Positions 22,637 to 32,827 of a stretch of 52,939 nt of DNA are shown piece after piece. The stretch is from a virus (Duplodnaviria > Caudoviricetes). The notes beneath the pieces were generated by a model, which was given only the letters and a program-made list of their open reading frames with translations, ran no database searches and was not told the DNA's origin. Within the stretch, counting starts at the first letter, position 1. Each line of letters starts with the position of its first letter. A program made the translations under genes and the position numbers. Location: positions 1 to 52,939 of the IMG/VR virus record IMGVR_UViG_3300028388_001804; one strand, given 5' to 3'.

Positions 22637-25546
22637 TTAAAAGCTTAATATTAATAATTCTGAACTATTAACAATACTATAAGTATTGCCGTCTGCTAAA
22701 GAAGCTTCTGCTTCTACTACAATTTTATATATACCATCTTGATTAAATGTAACGGATGTCTGTTCTTCTATACCATTTAATCCACTTGATTGTGAATTGT
22801 TGTACCCTCCTGTTATAATATTATCTGCTGTGTAAGTGATTGGACTGTTTGTAAAATTAATTGTATTATAACTATTTGTCCCAGGAGCATTCTCTATTTT
22901 AATTCTAGCATAATTATATGTTATAGGATTATCCGCCAGTTGACCTGCTCTTATTGCAAAAGGAGTGTTTCCTCCGTTAGAATTACCTGTAGCCAGTCTA
23001 AATGTAAAATTAAACGTATTCCCGTTTACTGGGGATACACTGGCTATATTAGGAATCCAAGATTTACTTAAAGTAGCAACATACATTTCAAGATAGCTTT
23101 CTAATCCCGGTAAATATGATAAAGGTGCATTCCAAGTTACTGATAATGGAGTAGTAGGAGTTCCTACGGAGAATTTTTGCAATAAACAATCTGTGTTCCA
23201 ACTACCTCCTGAATTGTATATATTAGAACTATTATCTACTGTTTTGTTAAATAATATATTATAAATAGCAGAGTACTGTTCGTTAGATTGACCTATATTT
23301 ATCAACTGCGGACCGTTACCTCCATAATTTCCTGTTGTATAAAAAAACGAATCATTTATATCATAAGTAAACGGAGCAAAATCAGATGGAGATGCTGGAG
23401 TAAATGCTGTACCATAGCAAGGTTCGCCAACACCGTCTCCATCGCTATCATAAACAGTATCATTAGTTACAGACCAAGTAGATGGGTTTAATGTTATATA
23501 TTGAGACAAGTTTTGAGAGCCTATACCTTTAACTTGATATGCAAATCTCATAGGACTATATACATAAGGTATAGTACAAGAAACTTCTTGATTGGGAATT
23601 GTTCCAGAATTTACATTAAATGATATGGGTGTTTTATATCTATCTATAATATGTGAAGTTGATGAACTAGATATACAAACATCATCTGGTTGAAATTCAT
23701 ACTCAAAAACTAAATTTTCTCCTAATCCGATCCCTAAGGTTGATGTTGCCACAGCCCACGAAAGTTTGTCAAATTCAATATTTGTAGTAGCTGTAGTACC
23801 TGATGTTACCCCTACTATGTTATCAGTGAAAAATGAACTGTAAACATTCCAATTAGATATATCTGTTCGAGGAGAGTGCATTGTACTTGCACCTCGAATA
23901 AAATCAGCTTCTGCTAAAACAGTACCAGAGCTATCTTTTATTCTAATTACAGTTATATCGTCAATACCGAATGATGACGTAACTGTGTTAGTTAATATCC
24001 AGTCAATATTACCAGTAGTAGTATTATATGTTTGAGAACTTACTGTTGTAGAAGAAGTGTCTGTTGTATTTACTGTAACATTATAAACTGTTTGTCCTGA
24101 AAGGATTCCTATTTTACCAGTTCCATCTACAACTGATTCTATAGTCACCACTGCATCTGATGTAAAGTTTTCAGTGATAGTTCCATCTGAAGTTAAAGTA
24201 GGCTCTTTTATGTTAATAGTATCTATATTGTACCTAATTTTAAAAGGTGCATCTCCTCCAGTAAATTGAAAGTTTATATTAAAATCTCCATTTGGACAAA
24301 CAGATTCTGAAGATCCAGATATTTGCACTTTAAACGCAGACTGTATATTAACATATACATATTTATAAGAATTACATTCTCCTGCTTGTTGATATATGTA
24401 TAAACCTTCTTGCATACCTGTTGTATTTAAAGATCCATTTATTAATTTGCCAGCAGGAGTATTAGAAGGGCTAAATGTAGCTTGTTCTATAACTGAACTT
24501 TCAGTTAAATATGTATTTAAATTTACAGTGTCTCCTGCTACAACTTCTAAACTATTGTAAGATGAATTGGGTATATTTTCATTTTCACATATAGTTAGAT
24601 CGTCACATAAATCTTGTCCAAAAGACACTGTTTTGTTTACAACAATATCGTCACACTCAGACTCTTGTATGTTTATAGTTCTTCTAAAATAATATGTAGT
24701 TGTTGGAAATACAGGAGTGAATCTTTGAACTTTTATTTGTGTAACTGGTGTGCTGACAGTCCAATTCCAATTAGCTTCGTTTGTTGTTTTTTCTTGTGTT
24801 AAAGCGGTTCTCTGTGTTTCACACCATTCCATTGGAAATGTTAAATTTGCAGGATCATAACCAATCTGTAACTGAGTATTAGTAAGTATAAATGTTAGTT
24901 TATATTTATACTCTTTTATAACATAGTTTGTTCCTCCATCAGGATAAAATATAAATTCTAAAATATCTGTAGGAAGAGAATTATCGTAATATGATTGTAA
25001 AGCAGATCTGTCATTAGATGAAATACTTTGGGTAAATGTTATAATTCCATCTGTTTCAGGCACCTGGACTGATGTTGCTGGGTTTGTAACAATCAAAGAA
25101 GTGTGAGTAATATAAGAACAATCATCTCCTATTAATATAGGATTAGATGGGTTTGCATTCCATGTAATACCATCTGTACTATATTCAATAACATCTGATA
25201 CAACAGTTCCGTTCATATTTCCAATAGGAGATACTTGAAGCTCGTCTACATTACATGAAATGTTCAAATCGGGACTGTTGAAACAATAATCTATAATGTT
25301 TACAACTTCGCAATCATAATTATTTTCGTGTAATATATAATCTTTTAATATACAATCCAATTGTTCAGGTATAGAACAATCAGATTGATACTTTATTATA
25401 AAAGAAGCCATGTACGCTTCTTTGGCTTGTTTTAAAGCGACACAATCATCAGGACATTCAATGCCGTACATCTGAGAATATAAATAATCAGACATAGCAT
25501 CAAATAATCTACATGATTGTGTTGTAGAGTTTGTTGTTAATACCAT
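22637..25546 (-). CDS. Tail fibre/spike-like structural protein with Ig-like beta domains
   Basis: 969 aa, Cys-rich N-terminus, T/S/N-rich beta repeats (IEYSTDGITW, FTGGDAPFKIRY). Confidence 0.55.
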   Translation of the reverse strand: MVLTTNSTTQSCRLFDAMSDYLYSQMYGIECPDDCVALKQAKEAYMASFIIKYQSDCSIPEQLDCILKDYILHENNYDCEVVNIIDYCFNSPDLNISCNVDELQVSPIGNMNGTVVSDVIEYSTDGITWNANPSNPILIGDDCSYITHTSLIVTNPATSVQVPETDGIITFTQSISSNDRSALQSYYDNSLPTDILEFIFYPDGGTNYVIKEYKYKLTFILTNTQLQIGYDPANLTFPMEWCETQRTALTQEKTTNEANWNWTVSTPVTQIKVQRFTPVFPTTTYYFRRTINIQESECDDIVVNKTVSFGQDLCDDLTICENENIPNSSYNSLEVVAGDTVNLNTYLTESSVIEQATFSPSNTPAGKLINGSLNTTGMQEGLYIYQQAGECNSYKYVYVNIQSAFKVQISGSSESVCPNGDFNINFQFTGGDAPFKIRYNIDTINIKEPTLTSDGTITENFTSDAVVTIESVVDGTGKIGILSGQTVYNVTVNTTDTSSTTVSSQTYNTTTGNIDWILTNTVTSSFGIDDITVIRIKDSSGTVLAEADFIRGASTMHSPRTDISNWNVYSSFFTDNIVGVTSGTTATTNIEFDKLSWAVATSTLGIGLGENLVFEYEFQPDDVCISSSSTSHIIDRYKTPISFNVNSGTIPNQEVSCTIPYVYSPMRFAYQVKGIGSQNLSQYITLNPSTWSVTNDTVYDSDGDGVGEPCYGTAFTPASPSDFAPFTYDINDSFFYTTGNYGGNGPQLINIGQSNEQYSAIYNILFNKTVDNSSNIYNSGGSWNTDCLLQKFSVGTPTTPLSVTWNAPLSYLPGLESYLEMYVATLSKSWIPNIASVSPVNGNTFNFTFRLATGNSNGGNTPFAIRAGQLADNPITYNYARIKIENAPGTNSYNTINFTNSPITYTADNIITGGYNNSQSSGLNGIEEQTSVTFNQDGIYKIVVEAEASLADGNTYSIVNSSELLILSF

Positions 25547-25556
25547 TATATTATAT

Positions 25557-26045
25557 TTAACATGAAGTACATCCAGAAGATTTCTTTTCTTCTAAATTAA
25601 GATTTCTCTGCAATAGTTTAAAAGCTTCACACATTGTTTCACAAGAACAATCTGAACATTGAGATCCTAAAATTAACATTTCATAGAGTAGGTAATCATT
25701 TGAATTTAGCATGGTATCTATTACCTTACATTTTATCTCATCATCTTTATCATAAAATGAACAAGTTTCTTCTTGGCTATAACTACCTTCTTGAGCATAA
25801 GAAAGTTCGATATTGTATACAGTTGAATTTAAATCTTGTTTAAGATACAAAGTTTCCTCAGAAGAATCCAAATAACTGTCGGTTGTATCTAAACCAGTTA
25901 AATCTACTTCTAGTTCAACTTCATCTCCACAATTTAAGGTTATGGTTACTTTTAAATCTAATGTATTATCGTTAATATAATTTTCTATTAATACTGATTC
26001 AGACACTTCGATATATTTAGTATCTTCATTATAATTTACTGTCAT
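25557..26045 (-). CDS. Acidic Cys-rich tail-associated protein
   Basis: 162 aa with CSDCSCETMC and terminal GCTSC; lies in the tail module. Confidence 0.45.
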   Translation of the reverse strand: MTVNYNEDTKYIEVSESVLIENYINDNTLDLKVTITLNCGDEVELEVDLTGLDTTDSYLDSSEETLYLKQDLNSTVYNIELSYAQEGSYSQEETCSFYDKDDEIKCKVIDTMLNSNDYLLYEMLILGSQCSDCSCETMCEAFKLLQRNLNLEEKKSSGCTSC

Positions 26046-26422
26046 TTTTCTATACTTTTAATACTGTGATTTGGGTCAATAAAATCTAATATTTTGTCTA
26101 AAAGGTCTCCTAAGAAACTTAAATTTCCTTTTAATTTATTTTTTCCTAATACTGATGATATTGTTTCATCTTCATCTCCAAATAAATCTGTAGCATTCTT
26201 AGTGATTAATATTAAATTAAAAAGTTCGGAATATAAAACATTCCCAAGCTGGTCTAAGGAAACAGCTACTCTGTAGAATAACTTAGTAAAATACTCAATA
26301 GTTTTACTAAAGGGTCGAAATACAGCAGCTCCAATTTGAACTAATAATCCTAAAGGAAATATAATTGTAATTAATATTACAGCTACAAAAGTTAATGTGA
26401 TATTTACTATAAGAGATTTCAT
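26042..26422 (-). CDS. Membrane protein, possible holin/lysis accessory
   Basis: Long N-terminal hydrophobic helix plus DQLGNV...FGDEDETISSVLGK, a motif recurrent in small phage membrane proteins. Confidence 0.55.
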   Translation of the reverse strand: MKSLIVNITLTFVAVILITIIFPLGLLVQIGAAVFRPFSKTIEYFTKLFYRVAVSLDQLGNVLYSELFNLILITKNATDLFGDEDETISSVLGKNKLKGNLSFLGDLLDKILDFIDPNHSIKSIEK

Positions 26423-27015
26423 TGTTTTAATAAATTTTTATTTAAAGGGATAGCTATTCCGGCAATGCCTACAGCAATTCCTTGAATTTTTCTTTTGTAT
26501 TTAACAAATAGCCATCCTTCAAGAAGAGGGTGTAATTTAGAAGCTTCATTATCAGATTCAGTCCATATATCATTTTTAAGAGCTAAGTCGTCATACTTTT
26601 TAAAATTATTAGCGACTTTATCTCCCCATATTTTACTGTCTTCGTAGCCAATATAATCTGCCATTCTAAATCCAAGCGGCTTTAAAAAATTATCTTCATA
26701 AGCTTGATTCAAACTAATCATTTTATTATTCATATCTTTTAACCACATTGGAAACGGACTTTCAAAATGAGCTGTTTCTGCTACAGTAATTTGATATTGT
26801 AAGATAGATATTTTTTTTCTTAGATTTTCATTTTCTATTTTTAATTCGTCTAAAGATTCTTTTACTTTTTTCATTTCAGATTTCAAAAAATCTACAACAA
26901 ACTCAAGACCTTTTGTTTCTTTTTCTTTAGACCATTTAAATAATTCAGGGATTTTTACTAGGATAAAAGTAACTATTGCTACTATTATTTCATTTTTGTA
27001 AGTCTGTAAGTCCAT
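26419..27015 (-). CDS. Membrane-anchored coiled-coil + PAS-domain protein
   Basis: TM helix (IIVAIVTFILVKI), heptad coiled coil, then ESPFPMWLKDMNNKMISLNQAYE...DYIGYEDSKIW...F...D (PAS_4-type pattern). Confidence 0.75.
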   Translation of the reverse strand: MDLQTYKNEIIVAIVTFILVKIPELFKWSKEKETKGLEFVVDFLKSEMKKVKESLDELKIENENLRKKISILQYQITVAETAHFESPFPMWLKDMNNKMISLNQAYEDNFLKPLGFRMADYIGYEDSKIWGDKVANNFKKYDDLALKNDIWTESDNEASKLHPLLEGWLFVKYKRKIQGIAVGIAGIAIPLNKNLLKQ

Positions 27016-27016
27016 A

Positions 27017-28258
27017 TTACATTGTTGTATTAGTGAGTTGTCTCCATTCAGTTCCGTTATAATAGCACAGAGTATTTAAAGTAGTATTATATAAAGTAAG
27101 TCCTTCTTCTGGAGAAGATATAGCATTAATTTGAGCTGTAGTTAATCTAGGTAGTAGTATACCTTTAGAAGAAGATTTTACATCTAATATTGCATTACCT
27201 GTTTGAGCATCTATAGGAACCCCAAAAACTTCTTCGTGAATAATAACTTTTCTGTTATTATGTAATAACTTCGGACCTGTAATATTTCCAGCTATATCTA
27301 CCGACCTTTGCATATATCTATGAGAGGTACTATTTGAAACTACATATTCTACTTTAATCCCAGCAGAAGGATTTGTCATTCCATTAAAAGAATCCCACAT
27401 CAATTCAGAAATTAGCTGTCCAGATTTAATAACAGATAAATCTGCTATTCCTCCACTTAATTTAAAGCTTGACTGAGTTACTGTGTTAAATACATTTCTA
27501 ATTTCAAGAAAATTAGGACTTACAAATGAAATATGTTTATTTGACATTGCGTTAGTATCCGAATCTATAGGATTTCCATATGCCCATCTTAAATTATTTG
27601 TTCCGCTTATTTCTAATGCTGTATTTGACTCTATATCATCTGCTGGAAATTTTGATAATTTAGCCCATCCAGTATTTGTATTATTAGTTTCTTTTATATA
27701 AAGGTCTCCTGTAGATGAACTAAGAGACAGAGAACCCGTGTCTGCTGTAAACACAGATTCAGGGGATCCGCTCTCTGTAAATATATCAATTGAATCTATT
27801 CCATCATTCAACCTAAGATGATGTTTAGTTAGAGAACTGACAGAAGTAAAGCTTACATCAGCTGTAAATACAGCTATTCCTCCTTCGTCTAAAATGGATA
27901 CAGACCCTAGAGTTCCTGCAAAAGAAAGAGAATTTTCATTTAAACTTATTGTTCTAACAGATTCTAAAGTTCCGTTGGCTGTATATATATTATCAGAAGA
28001 ACCTACTGTAATATTTTGTAAGATATTAGATATAGGCGTACCTGCTGGGTAGTTAATTCCTTGTACAATTGTTTCATTAGATGTTAAAGCTTGCCAATAT
28101 CCTTGTGTATATCCTTCTTCTAAAGTAGAGTATAAGTTTATAATATCTGGAAGAGTACCGGGATACCCAGGTCTCTTCCAGTTTTTTGTGTGTTTTGTAT
28201 CAGATAATATACCATAGGTAATATTTAAATATGGTATATCGTTAATGTTATTAGTCAT
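27017..28258 (-). CDS. Tail fibre protein A
   Basis: NIYTANGTL, SGSPESVFTADTGSL..LYIK and C-terminal AILDVKSSSKGILLPRLTTAQ...YNT...YYNGTEW, a fibre motif common in Bacteroidota and their phages. Confidence 0.7.
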   Translation of the reverse strand: MTNNINDIPYLNITYGILSDTKHTKNWKRPGYPGTLPDIINLYSTLEEGYTQGYWQALTSNETIVQGINYPAGTPISNILQNITVGSSDNIYTANGTLESVRTISLNENSLSFAGTLGSVSILDEGGIAVFTADVSFTSVSSLTKHHLRLNDGIDSIDIFTESGSPESVFTADTGSLSLSSSTGDLYIKETNNTNTGWAKLSKFPADDIESNTALEISGTNNLRWAYGNPIDSDTNAMSNKHISFVSPNFLEIRNVFNTVTQSSFKLSGGIADLSVIKSGQLISELMWDSFNGMTNPSAGIKVEYVVSNSTSHRYMQRSVDIAGNITGPKLLHNNRKVIIHEEVFGVPIDAQTGNAILDVKSSSKGILLPRLTTAQINAISSPEEGLTLYNTTLNTLCYYNGTEWRQLTNTTM

Positions 28259-28856
28259 TTTCCGTAATATTTACTGCATTTAAGTAATCTTGTCTAGACA
28301 AGATTTCTACTCCGTCTGATTCTAATATTAAAACTTCTGATCCAAATGCAGCTCCTAAACCATTTCCTTTGGTAATAGGAAAAAAGAAATATGTGTCTGT
28401 CTCAGTAAAACTTAAAGTTCCAGTAGTAAATGGGTATTCTTCATAAGTATATTGAACTTCTAATCCTTCTGAATTAATATATGAAGAGTTAGGATAACCA
28501 ACAGGTATACTTCTGGTTTTATATTCAATAGGAGCTTTACCGTAAAAAGTAATCCCCTTTACTTCACCATTTAAAGCAATTATTGTTTTAAGTAAATTTG
28601 TGTTATTATTTACTGTTAAAAGATTGGAATAGATAAAATTATTAATTGAATGTGGGTATTTTGAAATTAAATCAGAATCTCCAGATGTAATAATCTCACT
28701 AGGAGCTGATTTAAAGGCTACCTTTTGTATTAAAATACACTCACCTTCATTATTAGTTGCTATAGGTTCAAATCCTAATAAATTCATATTAAGTGCTGTA
28801 CTATATAATACTCCTCCATTTATTAAATGTTGATGTGGTAATGTTATTACTAGCAT
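28251..28856 (-). CDS. Hypothetical tail-module protein
   Basis: 201-aa ORF coupled between two fibre genes. Confidence 0.5.
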   Translation of the reverse strand: MLVITLPHQHLINGGVLYSTALNMNLLGFEPIATNNEGECILIQKVAFKSAPSEIITSGDSDLISKYPHSINNFIYSNLLTVNNNTNLLKTIIALNGEVKGITFYGKAPIEYKTRSIPVGYPNSSYINSEGLEVQYTYEEYPFTTGTLSFTETDTYFFFPITKGNGLGAAFGSEVLILESDGVEILSRQDYLNAVNITEND

Positions 28857-28857
28857 G

Positions 28858-31401
28858 TTATTGATTTGTATACGTTAATATATTATTTAAATTATTGCCT
28901 GTCTGGGGTTGATTAAAAATAATTATATCTGAAATAGCAGTTGATTGAATCGAACTAAACATAGTATTTAATCCAAGATAATTACCTTCAATACTTTCTG
29001 GATTATGCGAAACTGGAGTTCCGCTGGCATCAAATAAAAGATTATTATATTCTTCTACCCAAAAAGTAGATTCTAAGCCTGCTAAAGTTGTGTTGTTGAG
29101 TGTTCCGTTTAATGGTTCTTCTGCTACAAGCACTCCTTTATCAAAAATTTTTATCCCTGAAAGACAGCCGTTAAAATTGTTGTTTAATTCTGATATACCG
29201 TTGATTGTCATTGTGCCAATTTGTGCGACACCTGAAAACAAGGTATGAACAATACCATCAACTGTTAGTGTTACAATATTTGATTCATCACGACTTAATT
29301 TAATCTTTCTTACTATACCAACGGTACCAGCAGATACAGAATTGTCAATTGAAGAAACTACTCTAACAAAATAAGAACCGTTCAAAATAGATATTTTTTT
29401 GTTCGATGTCCCATCTGGGGTATCGCCAGCAATAACATACTGACCTGTATTAAAGTTGTGTTTTACAAAAGCATGTATATCAAAAGCACCTGTTAAGTTT
29501 ATTGTAGAATTAAATGTTAAATAATGTGTACCATCAAAAGTACCTCCATGCACAAACTTTTTAAGAAATGCAGGTGTAGCTGTTGCTTTTAATTTAGACG
29601 GTGGGTAATTCCAATTACTTGCTGGATTGGTGTATGTTTCGTTTATTTTTATCGGAGCTATTAACTCTCTAACACCTGCTCCAAAAGTCATTCCTGTATA
29701 GCCATTCTGCGGATTGTAGACAGTTCCGTTGTTATCAATCTTAATTAACGCCATATCTTTTGGACGAGTCCCGAATAGATCATGAATCACGTCAAAAGTA
29801 ATTCCACTAAAATTAGGCGTGGTTATTGCGTATTCTTCTGTACTTCCGTCTTGAAATACATATGAGCAAGTTATTTCAGTTGTCCCTGTCCTTGTTAGTC
29901 TCTGACTTCTTAAATCTATTAAATTAGTAAATTTTGGTGATGCAAAACAGTTAGTCCCCTGGATGTATATACTGTGGACTCCGTTCGTACCTCTTATATA
30001 CACACCAGTATTACCTGCTGAATTTATCGCCCAACCAAGAACATGAAAATCGACAGACCTACAGTCAAAAACTATCTCAAAATAATCTCCAATATTTTCA
30101 AGCCAAGATTCAGAGTTATCTACTGTTATTTGGTCAGTTGTTCCGTCTACAAATTTAACTTTATTAAACCCATTCTTCAAAGCATAATGATAACTATCTT
30201 GTGTCTGACTCCAGAACGCATCTACATCACTTGTTGTAAGTGTTCCGTGATTATTATTTTCTGACACATCATAAATTATTAGACCCATCTTTTCTGTGAA
30301 AGTTAGGTTTGTACCGTCTGAAAGCACTAAATTCCAGCATGTTCCTGCTGTGAAATTAATATCATTTCCATTAATACTTGGGATAGATGTTCCTTCACTG
30401 CTTATTATTGTTATTCCTGTTAAATCTGTAAAAGATAACTTGTCATTAATACCGTCAAAGTTTCCACAAGGACTCTCTACAACATCTATATTATATTTAA
30501 CGCGTCCTGTGTACTGTAGGTCATTTCCAAGTACGTCTTTAGCTGTATCTAATTCATTTCTTGGAATTACTGTACCTAAATTTTCTGTATATCCAATATC
30601 ATTAGACCAGCTTTTAAGTACCCCTACATCTGTAGAATGGAAAACATTTATATCACCAGTTACTATAGAACCGTGATTGCCGTTGCCAGAACTGTCGAAT
30701 GAAATTATTCCTGACTCTTCTTCGCACTTTAAAAACGTACCATCACTTAAAAGTAAATCTTTAATTGTACCTGCAGTAAAATCTATTCTACCAGCAGATA
30801 TAGTTGGTGTAGAAGTTCCGTAGTATGATACAACTGTCTCTATTCCAGTTAAATGTGGAAATAATAAATGATCTATTACACCATCAAAATTGTAAACTCT
30901 TCCTAATTTTTGTGGTCTACTCTGACCTTCTTTAGCATCTACTATCTGACCATTAACAGTAGATGGTTGATTACCTTGCTCATTTAAATACCAAGCAACT
31001 AAAGAAGGAATACTAAAAAGTACACTTTGATTTTGAAATCTGCGCCATTCAGTTCCATTATAATATTGCAATTCAGAAGAGTCTGTGTTATATATAGTTG
31101 TACCTTCTTCAGGAGTTAAAGCATCTCTTTCTAAATCAGTAAGTCTTTGGTGTTTATCGTCAGATAAAGCCTGTATAGCAGAAGATGTAGTAGTATACAC
31201 TGAGTTTCCTATGGAAATGGGGCTTATAGTCGAATTTTCAGCTGACCAGTAACCTCGTGATAATCCTTCTTCTAAAACATCATATAAATTAATAATTTCT
31301 GGAGTTCCGCCATTTCTGTTTAATGTTGAACTTCTTTTAAGATCATTTTTTAATATGCCATACGGCAACATTAATTTTTTTATGTTATTTTTATTTGACA
31401 T
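28858..31401 (-). CDS. Tail fibre / receptor-binding protein B with LamG-like repeats
   Basis: Repeated FDG.D and D.SGN.NHG motifs; shares its N-terminus with fibre A. Confidence 0.7.
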   Translation of the reverse strand: MSNKNNIKKLMLPYGILKNDLKRSSTLNRNGGTPEIINLYDVLEEGLSRGYWSAENSTISPISIGNSVYTTTSSAIQALSDDKHQRLTDLERDALTPEEGTTIYNTDSSELQYYNGTEWRRFQNQSVLFSIPSLVAWYLNEQGNQPSTVNGQIVDAKEGQSRPQKLGRVYNFDGVIDHLLFPHLTGIETVVSYYGTSTPTISAGRIDFTAGTIKDLLLSDGTFLKCEEESGIISFDSSGNGNHGSIVTGDINVFHSTDVGVLKSWSNDIGYTENLGTVIPRNELDTAKDVLGNDLQYTGRVKYNIDVVESPCGNFDGINDKLSFTDLTGITIISSEGTSIPSINGNDINFTAGTCWNLVLSDGTNLTFTEKMGLIIYDVSENNNHGTLTTSDVDAFWSQTQDSYHYALKNGFNKVKFVDGTTDQITVDNSESWLENIGDYFEIVFDCRSVDFHVLGWAINSAGNTGVYIRGTNGVHSIYIQGTNCFASPKFTNLIDLRSQRLTRTGTTEITCSYVFQDGSTEEYAITTPNFSGITFDVIHDLFGTRPKDMALIKIDNNGTVYNPQNGYTGMTFGAGVRELIAPIKINETYTNPASNWNYPPSKLKATATPAFLKKFVHGGTFDGTHYLTFNSTINLTGAFDIHAFVKHNFNTGQYVIAGDTPDGTSNKKISILNGSYFVRVVSSIDNSVSAGTVGIVRKIKLSRDESNIVTLTVDGIVHTLFSGVAQIGTMTINGISELNNNFNGCLSGIKIFDKGVLVAEEPLNGTLNNTTLAGLESTFWVEEYNNLLFDASGTPVSHNPESIEGNYLGLNTMFSSIQSTAISDIIIFNQPQTGNNLNNILTYTNQ

Positions 31402-31412
31402 AGTTATATATT

Positions 31413-31453
31413 AAAAAAGCTGATAACCTTCTTTCTAAAAGATTATCAGCTTT
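31413..31453 (-). terminator. Rho-independent terminator after the capsid gene block
   Basis: Inverted repeat AAAGCTGATAA...TTATCAGCTTT with a U-run on the minus strand, just downstream of the 31461 stop. Confidence 0.8.
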
Positions 31454-31460
31454 GTGTTTA

Positions 31461-32822
31461 TTATGCAAATGGAGCAGCTTGAGTCGCTACTCCGTTATAC
31501 TCAATATTATTTGTATTACTAGACGCTAACCACGGAGCTAACGCTGTGTTTAGATTAGAAACAGTAGTTGAAGCTGTCGTTGTATAGGTAATTGGTGTAG
31601 CTACATCTGTAACTGCTACAGTACAAGGTAATAAGATTATACAAGTTTTATTATGTAAATCTTTACCTGACATGTGGTCTACCCAATCAAAATAATCCAC
31701 TCTCGTTTGAGTGTACATTACATCTTCTTTAATATAAACTTTAGATAAAGGATAGTATTCATTTCTAGGTACAACTTGCATATCACCTACATTTAAAGCT
31801 GCACGCATATTGTAATCTATAAGTAAATTAGATCCTAAACCTTTTGTTTCTTTAGGAAACACTATTTCTTGAGATTTAACTGAATCAATTAAAAACTGAT
31901 CTGATAAATTAACATTCAATCGCGTTTTGACATTTAAAATATCATCATAAGCTATAGCTTTAGGTGAATCTAAACCTATCAATATAAAAGCATCGCAGTT
32001 ATCAGCAGCTCCTGCAGTAGTTGGATTCACATGAACCAATTCAGTAGTTGTTGCTATTGAACTTGAGTTTGCAATTAACTCTTGTAATGTTGCAATGTCT
32101 TCATTTTGAAAAGTATAGTTATATGTAGTACCATCTAAAGTTAAAAATGGAAGACTATCTCCAGTAGATATTGTACCTAAGTCTACGCCACCAGCAGCAC
32201 CACCAGCTAATTTCAAACCAAGAACAACAAAATTCTCATTTCCTTTTGTAAAGATTGAATGAGCATTTACCTTTGCAACTAAGTTTTGAACCATGTGGTC
32301 TAATGGACTTGTAGTAGATAAGCTCGTATAATCTAAAGTTGTATATGAATAATACTCAATATTTCTATTGTATCCAAAATGTCTTTCATTCTTTGATGAA
32401 ATTTGATCTATATAAAGACCGTATAAAGTTCCATCTTCTACACTAGCAGATGGTACAACCAACTGTACTGATTTAGTTCCTAAACTTGGTTTATAAGTTG
32501 AAATACTTCTAATATTAGAGGTATTTAATTCTTGAGATTGAACATGTGTTTTATGTCCATATTCAAAACCATTGTCAGCTAAAGAGATGTTGCTAGATGC
32601 AGGAGTACCTTGAACAAATTTAAATCTGCTCACCCCAGCTGCATTCATATCTCCAGTAATAGTTTGTTTAGTAGTTAAATCTACTATACCAAGCTGGTCA
32701 TTTGAAATGTTCATACTTGTACCAGTACCGAACAGTTTATTTCCTGTCGTTGCTAAAGCTAAGTTTGAATTAGATACTAGAAACGTAGGAGTATTGAGTT
32801 TATTAGCTCTTTTAAAATTCAT
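31461..32822 (-). CDS. Auxiliary capsid / structural protein
   Basis: 453 aa, T/A-rich, last gene of the capsid block before a terminator; crAss synteny. Confidence 0.6.
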   Translation of the reverse strand: MNFKRANKLNTPTFLVSNSNLALATTGNKLFGTGTSMNISNDQLGIVDLTTKQTITGDMNAAGVSRFKFVQGTPASSNISLADNGFEYGHKTHVQSQELNTSNIRSISTYKPSLGTKSVQLVVPSASVEDGTLYGLYIDQISSKNERHFGYNRNIEYYSYTTLDYTSLSTTSPLDHMVQNLVAKVNAHSIFTKGNENFVVLGLKLAGGAAGGVDLGTISTGDSLPFLTLDGTTYNYTFQNEDIATLQELIANSSSIATTTELVHVNPTTAGAADNCDAFILIGLDSPKAIAYDDILNVKTRLNVNLSDQFLIDSVKSQEIVFPKETKGLGSNLLIDYNMRAALNVGDMQVVPRNEYYPLSKVYIKEDVMYTQTRVDYFDWVDHMSGKDLHNKTCIILLPCTVAVTDVATPITYTTTASTTVSNLNTALAPWLASSNTNNIEYNGVATQAAPFA

Positions 32823-32827
32823 TGTAT

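Noticed and set aside
27017-31401. Diversity-generating retroelement targeting the fibres
   Set aside because: No reverse transcriptase is present and the shared DNA is short, without an adenine-specific mismatch pattern.
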